DNA from: Candidatus Latescibacterota bacterium
Lineage (GTDB): Bacteria > Latescibacterota > UBA2968
Direction: 5' to 3'
Assembly (NCBI GenBank): GCA_965116885.1
Contig: OZ220741.1
Location: 2,304,001 to 2,368,000, forward strand
DNA length: 64,000 bases
Of this stretch, positions 10,007 through 18,841 are shown one piece after another. The notes beneath the pieces were generated by a model. That model did not search any database and was not told the origin of the DNA. It worked only from the letters and a program-made list of their open reading frames with translations. Every line of letters starts with the position of its first letter. The first letter of the stretch is position 1. A program made the position numbers and the translations under genes.

Positions 10007-11311
10007 TCAAAGTGATTGAAGAACGTCTCGCGTTTTTGAGCGCGTTTCATCTATATCCGATTGTGAATGTGCAAACGAAATACTGCCTTGCTTTGTTGCC
10101 AGTGGAAAGTGATAGATACCCTTTTCAATCAATGCACGGCGATACCGCTCGTCAAGCGCGAAATCGTGGTGTTCGGCAATATCGTGCCAATCAACGGGCG
10201 CGTGGTCCATAAAATAAACGCAAAAAGTCGATCCCTGTCGGGCAATGGATACTTCTATTCCGGCTTCTTTGAATAATGCGGTCAATTCCGTTTCCAATTG
10301 TTCACCCATCGCGTAAAGTTGTTCAAAATCTGCCGATGCCAGTTTTTCCATTGTGGCAATCGCGCCCGCGCATGATATGGGATGGGCATTGTATGTTCCG
10401 GCGATCAGTACGCGCTTTGCTGGATTTTCGTGGACAAAATAATCCATGAGCGATGCCCGCCCGCCAATCGCACCAATGGGATAGCCATTGGCTATTGCTT
10501 TGCCAAATACGGACAGGTCTGGCATGATGCCACTTATGCTTTGATAGCCTCCCATCGCGTGGCGAAATCCCGTTTTCACTTCGTCGAATATCAACACAAT
10601 CCCTCGCGCATCGCACAAATCGCGCAGTCCCTGTAAATAGCCCGCTTGCGGATGTACGATGCCGATATTTTGTAAAATAGGTTCGAGGATTAACGCGGCG
10701 ATATCGTACTGGTCTATTGCCCATTGTACTGAATTCAGGTCGTTAAAATTTACTACATGTACATCGTCTAACACGCTATTGGGCACGCCGGCAGAGAGCG
10801 GTATTTTTTTGTATTCACCCGGGGAAACTCGCGGTCCGATTGCATCTATTGGCGTCATGACATTCAATGCTACGTCGTTGTGCCAGCCGTTATATCCTCC
10901 CTGCATTACGATGACGCCATTGCGCCCCGTGTGCGTCCGCGCAATTCGAATGGCGTGATAGGTGGCTTCCGATCCCGTATTGGTGAGCATGACTTTTTCG
11001 ACGGATGGTACGTGTTTTGCGATTAATGCGGCGCAATGCCCTTCCCAGGGGTTGGTGCCCGATCCCATCAGTGTTGTGCCGTCGGCGAGTACTTTTACCA
11101 CTGCCGCGTTTACATCCGGATCGTTGTGTCCGAGAATAAATGGCGCGAATGCCGCGTGATAGTCGATGTATTCATTGCCGTCAGCATCCCACACATGGCT
11201 GCCCTGCCCGCGCACAAAGGCTATTTCCGGGGCGACGGCGCGGTTGACTGATACCACGCCTCCGGGGATGACTGTGCGGTTTTTTCGGAAAATTGTTTTG
11301 GAAGAGGACAT
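10007..11311 (-). CDS. Class III PLP aminotransferase, glutamate-1-semialdehyde aminomutase-like
   Basis: IPGGVVS, DADGNEYID, FDEVKTGFR, FGKAIANG, GTYNAHP. Confidence 0.85.
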   Translation of the reverse strand: MSSSKTIFRKNRTVIPGGVVSVNRAVAPEIAFVRGQGSHVWDADGNEYIDYHAAFAPFILGHNDPDVNAAVVKVLADGTTLMGSGTNPWEGHCAALIAKHVPSVEKVMLTNTGSEATYHAIRIARTHTGRNGVIVMQGGYNGWHNDVALNVMTPIDAIGPRVSPGEYKKIPLSAGVPNSVLDDVHVVNFNDLNSVQWAIDQYDIAALILEPILQNIGIVHPQAGYLQGLRDLCDARGIVLIFDEVKTGFRHAMGGYQSISGIMPDLSVFGKAIANGYPIGAIGGRASLMDYFVHENPAKRVLIAGTYNAHPISCAGAIATMEKLASADFEQLYAMGEQLETELTALFKEAGIEVSIARQGSTFCVYFMDHAPVDWHDIAEHHDFALDERYRRALIEKGIYHFPLATKQGSISFAHSQSDIDETRSKTRDVLQSL

Positions 11312-11318
11312 GGCTCTA

Positions 11319-12032
11319 TCACACGTCGCGTTTGTAATAATTTTCCCAGCGTTCAGCCGGTTCGTAACCCAGAATGCGTTGTGCTTTTTCCGTGGTGTAT
11401 TTCTGGTGCGCTGTCATACTCACCATGTTGAATTCCTGATAATTATCCGGCACGGATTCGATATCCAATGCGAGACAACACGCATGCGCCAGGTCTTTCC
11501 AGAATATGCGAAATGGAGGGAAGTCCTCGCCTTTGATTGGCTCATTCGGTTCCAGACCCAGGCCGTTGAATACAAAACAAATTGTCTGTATATCGTAAGT
11601 CCGCGCGTACGTGCGACAAATTTCGTAGCTGAGCATTTTGGTTATGCCGTAATACCCGGTGCCGGGGGCGCGGGGGACATCGGTGATTTCAAAATCCTGA
11701 TCGTAATAACTCCGCACCAGTTGCGGTCCCGTATGCACTACTTTTTTTATGCCCAATTCGGCGGCGGCTTTCATGACGTGCAGTGCGCCCAGTGTACTGA
11801 CGTGAAAGCTCAGTATGGGGTCGGGACGATTCACCGTAAAATTCATCACCGCATCCATGCCCCGCATGGCGTCGCGCACCTGGTCGTATTGGCGCATATC
11901 CACCTGTTCGATGGGCCTACCATCGGGATAGGGTTTTATGTCGGCCAATGTGAAATCGCAATGCGGTTCCATATCCGGTATAATATTGGGGGCAATCTGT
12001 CCCGAAGCGCCCAGCAAGAGTACTTTTTTCAT
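11319..12032 (-). CDS. NAD-dependent epimerase/dehydratase (uronate-dehydrogenase-like SDR)
   Basis: LLLGASGQIA, YGITK catalytic YxxxK. Confidence 0.85.
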   Translation of the reverse strand: MKKVLLLGASGQIAPNIIPDMEPHCDFTLADIKPYPDGRPIEQVDMRQYDQVRDAMRGMDAVMNFTVNRPDPILSFHVSTLGALHVMKAAAELGIKKVVHTGPQLVRSYYDQDFEITDVPRAPGTGYYGITKMLSYEICRTYARTYDIQTICFVFNGLGLEPNEPIKGEDFPPFRIFWKDLAHACCLALDIESVPDNYQEFNMVSMTAHQKYTTEKAQRILGYEPAERWENYYKRDV

Positions 12033-12796
12033 GCGCCACCTCCACGCCAGATGGCTTCAAAGTTGTGCTGTGGTTGAAAACCCCGCAACTGAAATCCACT
12101 AATTTTGCCGACCAGATATTTTGGATTTGGAATGTCTGCACAAATGTGGTGGAGGGCAAATCGATTGTTCCACTTCAGTTCGGACTGTGCATCGCGGTTG
12201 AGCGATAGGCGAAATGCCCGCGCAGCATCGCGATAATCGACCCACATGAGGTCTGGGTCCTGCGGGGAAGCATCTTCTTCTGCTATTAGCTTGCCCAGGC
12301 GCAATACTGTGACGGCTACGGGAAAATCGCGCGCAAATTCGCGTGCTGTCATTTCGCCGAGATAGCGCGTGAGATGAAATTTGTCTGTCGATGGCATGGG
12401 TCGCCACATTTCGCTGATATATACATCATCGGGGTAGGATTCGAATATTTGGAGGGTGCTTCCATATACAAACCGCTTTATACCGGCATCTATACCAGCT
12501 TTGAATAGGACATGGGTGCCCCGCGTTGCCAGGTCCAGCAGTTCTTGTTCGCAGGCGAGGTCGTCCTCGGGCAGATTGGGTGGTGGCTCACCTGTGTATA
12601 TAATAGCCTGCATGTTTCGAACGGCACGCCACGCTACGTCCGGGTCGCGCATGTCGCCTTCAAAATAGGTGATATTTTCATCCTGTTCAGAAGGCGGATC
12701 GCCCGTTCCCCAGAGTCGCAACCGATGACCCGGTGCCAATTCTCTGGCAATGGCCTGTCCCAATCGGCTCTCGGCTCCTGTGATCAGTACATTCAT
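12029..12796 (-). CDS. NAD-dependent epimerase/dehydratase-like SDR with degenerate catalytic motif
   Basis: MNVLITGAESRLG; FHLTR where YxxxK is expected; ATGA overlaps with both neighbours. Confidence 0.75.
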   Translation of the reverse strand: MNVLITGAESRLGQAIARELAPGHRLRLWGTGDPPSEQDENITYFEGDMRDPDVAWRAVRNMQAIIYTGEPPPNLPEDDLACEQELLDLATRGTHVLFKAGIDAGIKRFVYGSTLQIFESYPDDVYISEMWRPMPSTDKFHLTRYLGEMTAREFARDFPVAVTVLRLGKLIAEEDASPQDPDLMWVDYRDAARAFRLSLNRDAQSELKWNNRFALHHICADIPNPKYLVGKISGFQLRGFQPQHNFEAIWRGGGA

Positions 12797-13503
12797 AATT
12801 TGTCCTCCAGATCGGATTCCCAGCCAAATTGCTGGCATAAGCGCTGAATTGGGCTGGGGATTGGCGCGGAGATTTCGGTCCATGTTCCCGATGTGGGGTG
12901 TGCAAAACCGATGCGGGTAGCCATCAGCAGTAATCGGTCAATTTCAAAATGGGATTGAAAAAAGCGATTGTGATGGCGGTCGCCATAGCGCACATCGCCG
13001 ATGATTGGGTGGCGCAGATGCGCACAGTGGCGGCGGATCTGGTGTTGCCGACCTGTTACTGGCATTGCGCGCATGAGCGAATACCGCGCGGTTTCATATC
13101 GGCCCACGGGGTACGGTAGTTCAACTGTGCCTTTGCAGTGAAAATCTGTGACGGCATCGACGGGCGACGATGTGTTGGGTGGGCAATAGGCGTGGTGTAT
13201 CCGCCCTTTGTCTGGTAAGTACCCGCGCACTACGGCCAGATATTCTTTTTGTACCTGTCGCGCTGAAAATGCAGCGCCCAATGTGCGTGCGATTTCAGGG
13301 CGAAGTGCGAATAGTACAACGCCCGATGTCCCGCGATCCAGGCGGTGAACCGGATAAACCCACTGCCCGAGTTGATTTCGCAATACGGGCATACAACACA
13401 TGGCCGATCGATCCAGGTGGGTCTGGTGTACAAACCAGCCACACGGTTTTTGTATGGCAACAAGATCATTGTCGCCATACAGGATGTTCAGCTTCAAAAT
13501 CAA
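12793..13503 (-). CDS. truC: tRNA pseudouridine synthase C (RluA/TruC family)
   Basis: KPCGWFVH, VHRLDRGTSG, TGRQHQIRRH, HPIIGD.RYG, LPYPVGRYETARYSL. Confidence 0.85.
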   Translation of the reverse strand: MILKLNILYGDNDLVAIQKPCGWFVHQTHLDRSAMCCMPVLRNQLGQWVYPVHRLDRGTSGVVLFALRPEIARTLGAAFSARQVQKEYLAVVRGYLPDKGRIHHAYCPPNTSSPVDAVTDFHCKGTVELPYPVGRYETARYSLMRAMPVTGRQHQIRRHCAHLRHPIIGDVRYGDRHHNRFFQSHFEIDRLLLMATRIGFAHPTSGTWTEISAPIPSPIQRLCQQFGWESDLEDKL

Positions 13504-13509
13504 TTCTCG

Positions 13510-14208
13510 CTACTTAATCTCGAGCAATTCCAATTCGAATATAAGCGTTGAATTGGGACTAATTTGTCCTGCTTGCCGCGCGCCGTAGGCCAGATAGGAT
13601 GGGATATAGAGTTCCCATTTCGATCCCGCGGGCATGAGTTGCAGGGCTTCTGTCCAGCCGGGAATGAGTTGATCGACGCGAAATTCTGCCGGTTCTCCTC
13701 GGCTGTAAGAACTGTCAAATTCCGTGCCGTCGAGCAGTGTTCCGCGATAGTGGCATACTACTGAATCGGTTTTTTGGGGTTTCTGTCCGTTGCCGGCTTT
13801 GATCACTTTGTACTGCAAGCCGCTGTCCAATGTCACCACGCCTTCTTTTTTCATGTTTTCCGCGAGGAAAGCCTCGCCAGCTTTTTTGTTTTCTGCTGCC
13901 ATTTTGTTTTTCTCCGCCATTTGTTGTGCTCTTTGTTCTTCCTGTATCTCGATTAGAATTTTTAGTGCTTCGTCCGAGGAAAGCAGGGGGGATTCTCCAG
14001 AATAACCGTCTTTGAATCCCTGTACAAATACATCCATATCAATCTCCATGCCCTGCTGCTTTTTCAATTGATCGGATAGATTTAAGCCGAGTGCATAACT
14101 CAGCTTGTGTTGCTTGTCCTCGAGGTTGACTTCTACAAATTCGGGTTTTTCCTGTGCCTGGCAACCCAATAAGCCAGCAGCAATGAATACTGCAAAAAGA
14201 CGCTTCAT
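13510..14208 (-). CDS. FKBP-type peptidyl-prolyl isomerase (FkpA/Mip-like lipoprotein)
   Basis: Lipobox LLGC, SYALG N-domain, SGLQYKV, HYRGTLLDGTEFDSSY, LYIPSYLAYG. Confidence 0.95.
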   Translation of the reverse strand: MKRLFAVFIAAGLLGCQAQEKPEFVEVNLEDKQHKLSYALGLNLSDQLKKQQGMEIDMDVFVQGFKDGYSGESPLLSSDEALKILIEIQEEQRAQQMAEKNKMAAENKKAGEAFLAENMKKEGVVTLDSGLQYKVIKAGNGQKPQKTDSVVCHYRGTLLDGTEFDSSYSRGEPAEFRVDQLIPGWTEALQLMPAGSKWELYIPSYLAYGARQAGQISPNSTLIFELELLEIK

Positions 14209-14282
14209 GTTTTCTCCTGAATGATAGGTAAACGTCCGCCTGTAAGGTCTGTCCCCGCAGGTCTGTGCAGGACGTGTACAGA

Positions 14283-15806
14283 CTAAATAGCCTGAAATCG
14301 CGTTTTGACTTCCGATAGCACAATATCTGGAATATCCTCTGTGCGTTCAACTGCATAAACACAGATGTGATCTGCATCAGCAGCCCGCTGACGGAATCGT
14401 TGGGCATCCCGGTTTTGCGCTACGTGAACAGCGGTTACCCGGTTTTCCTTTTGGATCAGAAATTGCATCAGTGCATCGAGGTTGGTAATCTGCATATCTG
14501 TTATGAGAAAAATATCTACATGATTCTTGAGAAGGGGATCCAGATCGGGCAGATGCAATGCTGTTCCACCACCGAAGTAGCGGCACAGTGTGAAGAATAC
14601 GCGCTTGCGATCTCTTGAGAAATCCAGTACTTCTTTTCCTCCTGCCTGTGCATCGCTAAAATTGTAAACGGCCACGCGCTTGCCCCGTCGCAAATACGCA
14701 TCGGCGGCGCATCCGGCACCTAAGACTGCGTGGGATATTTCCCGACACGGATCGACCATACTGCCCGAGGAATCGACAATGACCACACAATCGGGTATGC
14801 CATCGCCATCGCCGTGGGTTTCGCCATCTCGCCAGTTCCACATCTGGGAAATGCCCGGCATGACGCGCCCAAAACTCGTCCATACATCGATGTGCTGAAC
14901 GGGTTTGCCAATTTCCCAGGGCGAGTGAGAATGCGGATGTAATCCGCCCACTTTTTCCAGGGGTATGGTTTGCACGGGCAAGCGAAATGCGGATGCGCGC
15001 GCCATGTAAAACAAGAGGTCGGCATCTGAGGGCGTGCCTTTGCCCCGGCCCATATCGGGCATCATGTTGGCGTCTTGTAGTTCGTCGGCAAAATCGCGCA
15101 CCATTTCTCGAAAGGCATAAAATCCCTGCTCGGCAAATTGCGCGATTCCCTCTGCGAGTTCGCCTGCGGAATACTGCTGGGTATCGCCCATCATGCCACC
15201 CTGTCCATTTCCATCGTCCATTTCTTTTTGGATCAACGGGGCAATTACCTGTGCAAATGACCGAAGGCTATCGCCCCACTGCGAGGCGTCCAGATAGGGT
15301 ATGCGGGCGAGCCGATCTACTTCGCCGCGATCTTCCACGCCCAAATTTTCTCCCCAGAGGCGCTGATACAATGCCCGAATTACGTCTGTCACTTCACTCG
15401 ATTCAACGTGGCGATACACCTCGGGCAATTTCGATTCGCGCTCGCGCACAGCATGGGTATCGACCACCACGTCCGCAAAATATTCGACCACCTGCTTGAC
15501 CAATGTCCCATCCAATAACACGGGTTTGAGCGCGGCATATAGCTTTAAGTGCGTCTCAAAATCCCAGGGACAAATAGTGTGATGCCCCACGCCGTGGTCC
15601 AGCAGTGCAGAGGTGGCGTCTTCTATGTCCATTACTTGCGCGAGGGCGGTCAGCCGATTGGCATTCAATTGGATTACTTTGTCCGTCATTTGAATGCTCG
15701 CGGCTTCGTCGCCTGTTTCGATTACTTCTGGCGTCGGCAATTCGGGAAATAGATGGCGCTTGCGAACAGCGGGCCAAACGCGCTGGATGATGTCGTTGAA
15801 GTTCAT
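14283..15806 (-). CDS. vWA (MIDAS) domain protein with N-terminal degenerate zincin-like domain
   Basis: C-terminal VIVDSSGSM, GGGT, LITD; N-terminal LDHGVGHH...DVVVD. Confidence 0.8.
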   Translation of the reverse strand: MNFNDIIQRVWPAVRKRHLFPELPTPEVIETGDEAASIQMTDKVIQLNANRLTALAQVMDIEDATSALLDHGVGHHTICPWDFETHLKLYAALKPVLLDGTLVKQVVEYFADVVVDTHAVRERESKLPEVYRHVESSEVTDVIRALYQRLWGENLGVEDRGEVDRLARIPYLDASQWGDSLRSFAQVIAPLIQKEMDDGNGQGGMMGDTQQYSAGELAEGIAQFAEQGFYAFREMVRDFADELQDANMMPDMGRGKGTPSDADLLFYMARASAFRLPVQTIPLEKVGGLHPHSHSPWEIGKPVQHIDVWTSFGRVMPGISQMWNWRDGETHGDGDGIPDCVVIVDSSGSMVDPCREISHAVLGAGCAADAYLRRGKRVAVYNFSDAQAGGKEVLDFSRDRKRVFFTLCRYFGGGTALHLPDLDPLLKNHVDIFLITDMQITNLDALMQFLIQKENRVTAVHVAQNRDAQRFRQRAADADHICVYAVERTEDIPDIVLSEVKTRFQAI

Positions 15807-15858
15807 GGGTTAGTGATTAGTGGTTAAGGGTTAGTCCGCCCAGCCCCCAATCCCTCTA

Positions 15859-16665
15859 TTATTTTATCTGCGTCCATCTGCGTCCATCTGCGGATGCTTT
15901 TTCCCCTCTGAGCATTTGATCGCGGTGATAAATCGCGCCGCCTTCGGCATTGCCCACACCTCCCAGGCGTCCGCCGATATGGATTTCGCCGGCTTGCATT
16001 TGTTCGCCGATAGATCTGCCAGCGTCTCCCGAGACTTCAATTCGTCCGTCTATCATACCCGCGCCCAGATAGTGTCGGACATTTCCCTCGACCTTCAGGC
16101 AGCCTCCCAGGAGCGAAATGCCCGTGAGGTCGCCCAGGTCGCCCACAATGGTCAGTGTCATGTCTTTGCGAAGGCGATATCCCATGAGGGACAGGCGCAA
16201 GTCGTGACCCGTGAGATCGAGATGAATATCCGACTGAGACGATGCGTTGCAAAAGGCCGATAAGAACAAGCCGAGGGGTTCCATGACAAAAAAAGCCGCG
16301 TCATTGCTTTGCAGGGCGTGCGCGCAAAACGCTTCGATATCGGTTATTTCCCAATCGATTTTTTCCACTATCTGCGATGCCGCAGCATAGGTCGATTCAA
16401 TGGTTTTGCGGTCGGCTTGCCAGAGTCCCTCGCCGACGCCTTCGGCGATCAGGGTGCGGTAAGCTGCTGTCAATCGATCCATTGTCTCGGTGTGAGATGC
16501 GAGAATTTCATCCATGGGCATGACGCGCTTTTTGTGTGCATCTTCGACAAATTCGGCGAAGGGATTGCGCTTTGCGGATAGTAAGCCGTTGACGCGCTCT
16601 GCGTTTTCAGGGTTTAGATCGGATGGTGCAATCCGATCAAATTCTCGAAATGGATTTTGTCGCAT
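15859..16665 (-). CDS. GXGXG beta-helix protein (FwdC / glutamate synthase C-terminal-like fold), stand-alone
   Basis: Repeats IVGDLGDLTG, VEGNVRHYLGAGM, VSGDAGRSIGEQM, IHIGG in C-terminal half. Confidence 0.75.
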   Translation of the reverse strand: MRQNPFREFDRIAPSDLNPENAERVNGLLSAKRNPFAEFVEDAHKKRVMPMDEILASHTETMDRLTAAYRTLIAEGVGEGLWQADRKTIESTYAAASQIVEKIDWEITDIEAFCAHALQSNDAAFFVMEPLGLFLSAFCNASSQSDIHLDLTGHDLRLSLMGYRLRKDMTLTIVGDLGDLTGISLLGGCLKVEGNVRHYLGAGMIDGRIEVSGDAGRSIGEQMQAGEIHIGGRLGGVGNAEGGAIYHRDQMLRGEKASADGRRWTQIK

Positions 16666-16680
16666 GTCTGGCTCTTGGAA

Positions 16681-18003
16681 TTACGAAAATTCTGGACGTG
16701 CAGGCTCTTGTCCCAGGTCGCGCATAATTTCCATGTAAATGGGGTGTTCGCCCTGAATGGGTTTCTCGTCGGCACCACTCAAGATGTGGTTGGCAGTCAT
16801 TAGAGCTGTTTGGATGCGTTCGCTTTGCTCGGTATAGCGCCGAAAGACTTGCCGCACCGCTTCTCGCGCTCTGTGAATGGGCAATACATCATCCCGGTGG
16901 TCTTGCGCTTCTTCCTCATCTCGCCATTGGATGCGGTGAGCACAGGTATATGGCAATATGGTGCGGATATGTTCGATATGCACTTCTTTGTCATGCAGGA
17001 TCCAGGCGAGTGCCTGTGCGTAGCGCCGGATGGAAATGGGCAGGCGATTGGACGGGCATGTCTGTACTTCGTAACACAGGTAGCCCGTGTAATGACAGCC
17101 TTCGCCGCAGACTTCATTTGTGCGTTTTTGTCCGTATTTGCAGCAGAAAGACAATTCGGCCAAAAAGGTTCGAATATAAGCACTGGCATCGGTCTGGAAA
17201 GGCAGTGCGCTCATTTCACTGCGGATCGTTTCGCGCTCGGTACGCCCCAGGGTTGGTACGGATAAACGCTCGGAGATCGCTTTTCCATAATCCTCGCAAA
17301 TGGCTTCTATCTCTGCTTCGGCGTTGGGGTTGACCAGACAGGCCTGGAGTGCCTGTTCGCGTTGGGGATCTCTCAGGAGATGTGCAGGAGAGGATTCGGT
17401 GCCGATCATCCAGGACAAATTCGCGCCCGGATACTTGGATTCCACCATTACGTCAAAGCGGTCCAAAAGGGGTACAACGATGGTATTTGTGCCGCGGTCC
17501 TGATAGTTGGCCGTTGCGAACAAACAGTATTCTTCGTTGATTTGCATCTGGTTCAAGTAGGACCAGTTGCCGCGATCCACGCCATTGAGGATCAAGCTCT
17601 GCTTTGTTTCCGGCAGGCGGTTGATTTCATCTACGACTTTGACGGGTAAGACGGAAAATGCCGACCACACCACATCTTCTTCGCCGCGGTTGAGTGCGCC
17701 GAGGTTTGGGCGCCCGACGATTTTTTCTTCGGTCTGTTCGGGATGGCCACTTACTTCGGCTTCCCACACAGCCCCCAATGGCATGCGATATAGTAGCGCG
17801 CCGATATACTCTGCCGATGTTGTTTTGCCCAGGCCGGGTTCGCCTACGATCAGAATTTTGCCACCTAATAATCCCGTTAGCGCGCTAAGTAACAAAGCGG
17901 CATTGTGTTTTTGTCCTTCGATCTCCAGGTCTGCCCGATTAAAATACAACCGATCCTGGATAAAGGTCAAGATATCGTGTACTGTTGTTTGTAAATCGGC
18001 CAT
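16681..18003 (-). CDS. MoxR-type AAA+ ATPase
   Basis: Walker A GEPGLGKT, Walker B VVDEINR, ATAN sensor 1, LLDRF arginine finger. Confidence 0.88.
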   Translation of the reverse strand: MADLQTTVHDILTFIQDRLYFNRADLEIEGQKHNAALLLSALTGLLGGKILIVGEPGLGKTTSAEYIGALLYRMPLGAVWEAEVSGHPEQTEEKIVGRPNLGALNRGEEDVVWSAFSVLPVKVVDEINRLPETKQSLILNGVDRGNWSYLNQMQINEEYCLFATANYQDRGTNTIVVPLLDRFDVMVESKYPGANLSWMIGTESSPAHLLRDPQREQALQACLVNPNAEAEIEAICEDYGKAISERLSVPTLGRTERETIRSEMSALPFQTDASAYIRTFLAELSFCCKYGQKRTNEVCGEGCHYTGYLCYEVQTCPSNRLPISIRRYAQALAWILHDKEVHIEHIRTILPYTCAHRIQWRDEEEAQDHRDDVLPIHRAREAVRQVFRRYTEQSERIQTALMTANHILSGADEKPIQGEHPIYMEIMRDLGQEPARPEFS

Positions 18004-18012
18004 GTCTTGACC

Positions 18013-18840
18013 TCAGTCTGCCTGGGAAGAGGCGGCGGAGCGTCGGCGCAGCCATTCGACGGTGAGCAGTAGCAACACGGCAAAGGCGATCAAGAATGTT
18101 GCGACGGCGAGGATGGTCGGGCTGATTTGCTCGCGAATGCCCGCCCACATCTGGCGCGGGATGGTGCGCTGTTCTATGCCGCCCATGAAAAGGACGACAA
18201 CGACTTCGTCAAAAGATGTTGCAAACGCGAAGAGCGCGCCAGAAATAACGCCCGGTGCGATTAGCGGCAGTTGTACCCTGCGGAACGTGAGGAGCGGTGA
18301 GGCACCGAGGCTTGCGGCAGCGCGCGTCAGGTTTGTATCAAAGGCGGATAGGGTAGCGGTTACAGTGATTACGACAAATGGTGTGCCCAGTGCGGCGTGG
18401 GATAGGATCAATCCGATGTGGGTTTGTGCGAGGCCCAGGGTTGAGTAAAAAAAGAACATGCCCGCAGCCGAGATGATTACCGGTGTGACCATCGGCGAGA
18501 TCAATAGCGCCATTGCGATGCGGCGACCCGGCATGGCGGGGCTGGATAGACCCAGCGCGGCGAGTGTGCCCAGCGCGGTTGCCAGTGCGGTAGAAGCGAT
18601 GCCGATGATCAGGCTGTTGACCAGCCCGCGTGTCCACAGTTCGTTTTCGATGATTTGTCGATACCAGCGCAGAGAATACGCTTCGGCGTCCAGGCGCAGC
18701 ATGCCTTCGGTGAAGGTAAAATAGGGTTCGGCATTGAAGCTCAGGGGTACGATCACCAGAATTGGCGCGATCAGGAACGCGAAGATCAGGATGCAGGAGG
18801 CCAGATACGCGCCCCGACCAATGTGTTGTGTCGAGATCAT
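18013..18840 (-). CDS. Polyamine-type ABC transporter permease (PotC-like)
   Basis: TM helices, RAAASLGA EAA-type loop, FATSFDEVVV. Confidence 0.9.
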   Translation of the reverse strand: MISTQHIGRGAYLASCILIFAFLIAPILVIVPLSFNAEPYFTFTEGMLRLDAEAYSLRWYRQIIENELWTRGLVNSLIIGIASTALATALGTLAALGLSSPAMPGRRIAMALLISPMVTPVIISAAGMFFFYSTLGLAQTHIGLILSHAALGTPFVVITVTATLSAFDTNLTRAAASLGASPLLTFRRVQLPLIAPGVISGALFAFATSFDEVVVVLFMGGIEQRTIPRQMWAGIREQISPTILAVATFLIAFAVLLLLTVEWLRRRSAASSQAD

Positions 18841-18841
18841 G

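Noticed and set aside
10007..11311. Calling the aminotransferase hemL
   Set aside because: Family motifs fit, but the context is catabolic with no tetrapyrrole genes; orthology cannot be shown.
15859..16665. Calling the GXGXG protein fwdC/fhcC
   Set aside because: Short beta-helix, unrelated N-terminus and no partner subunits.
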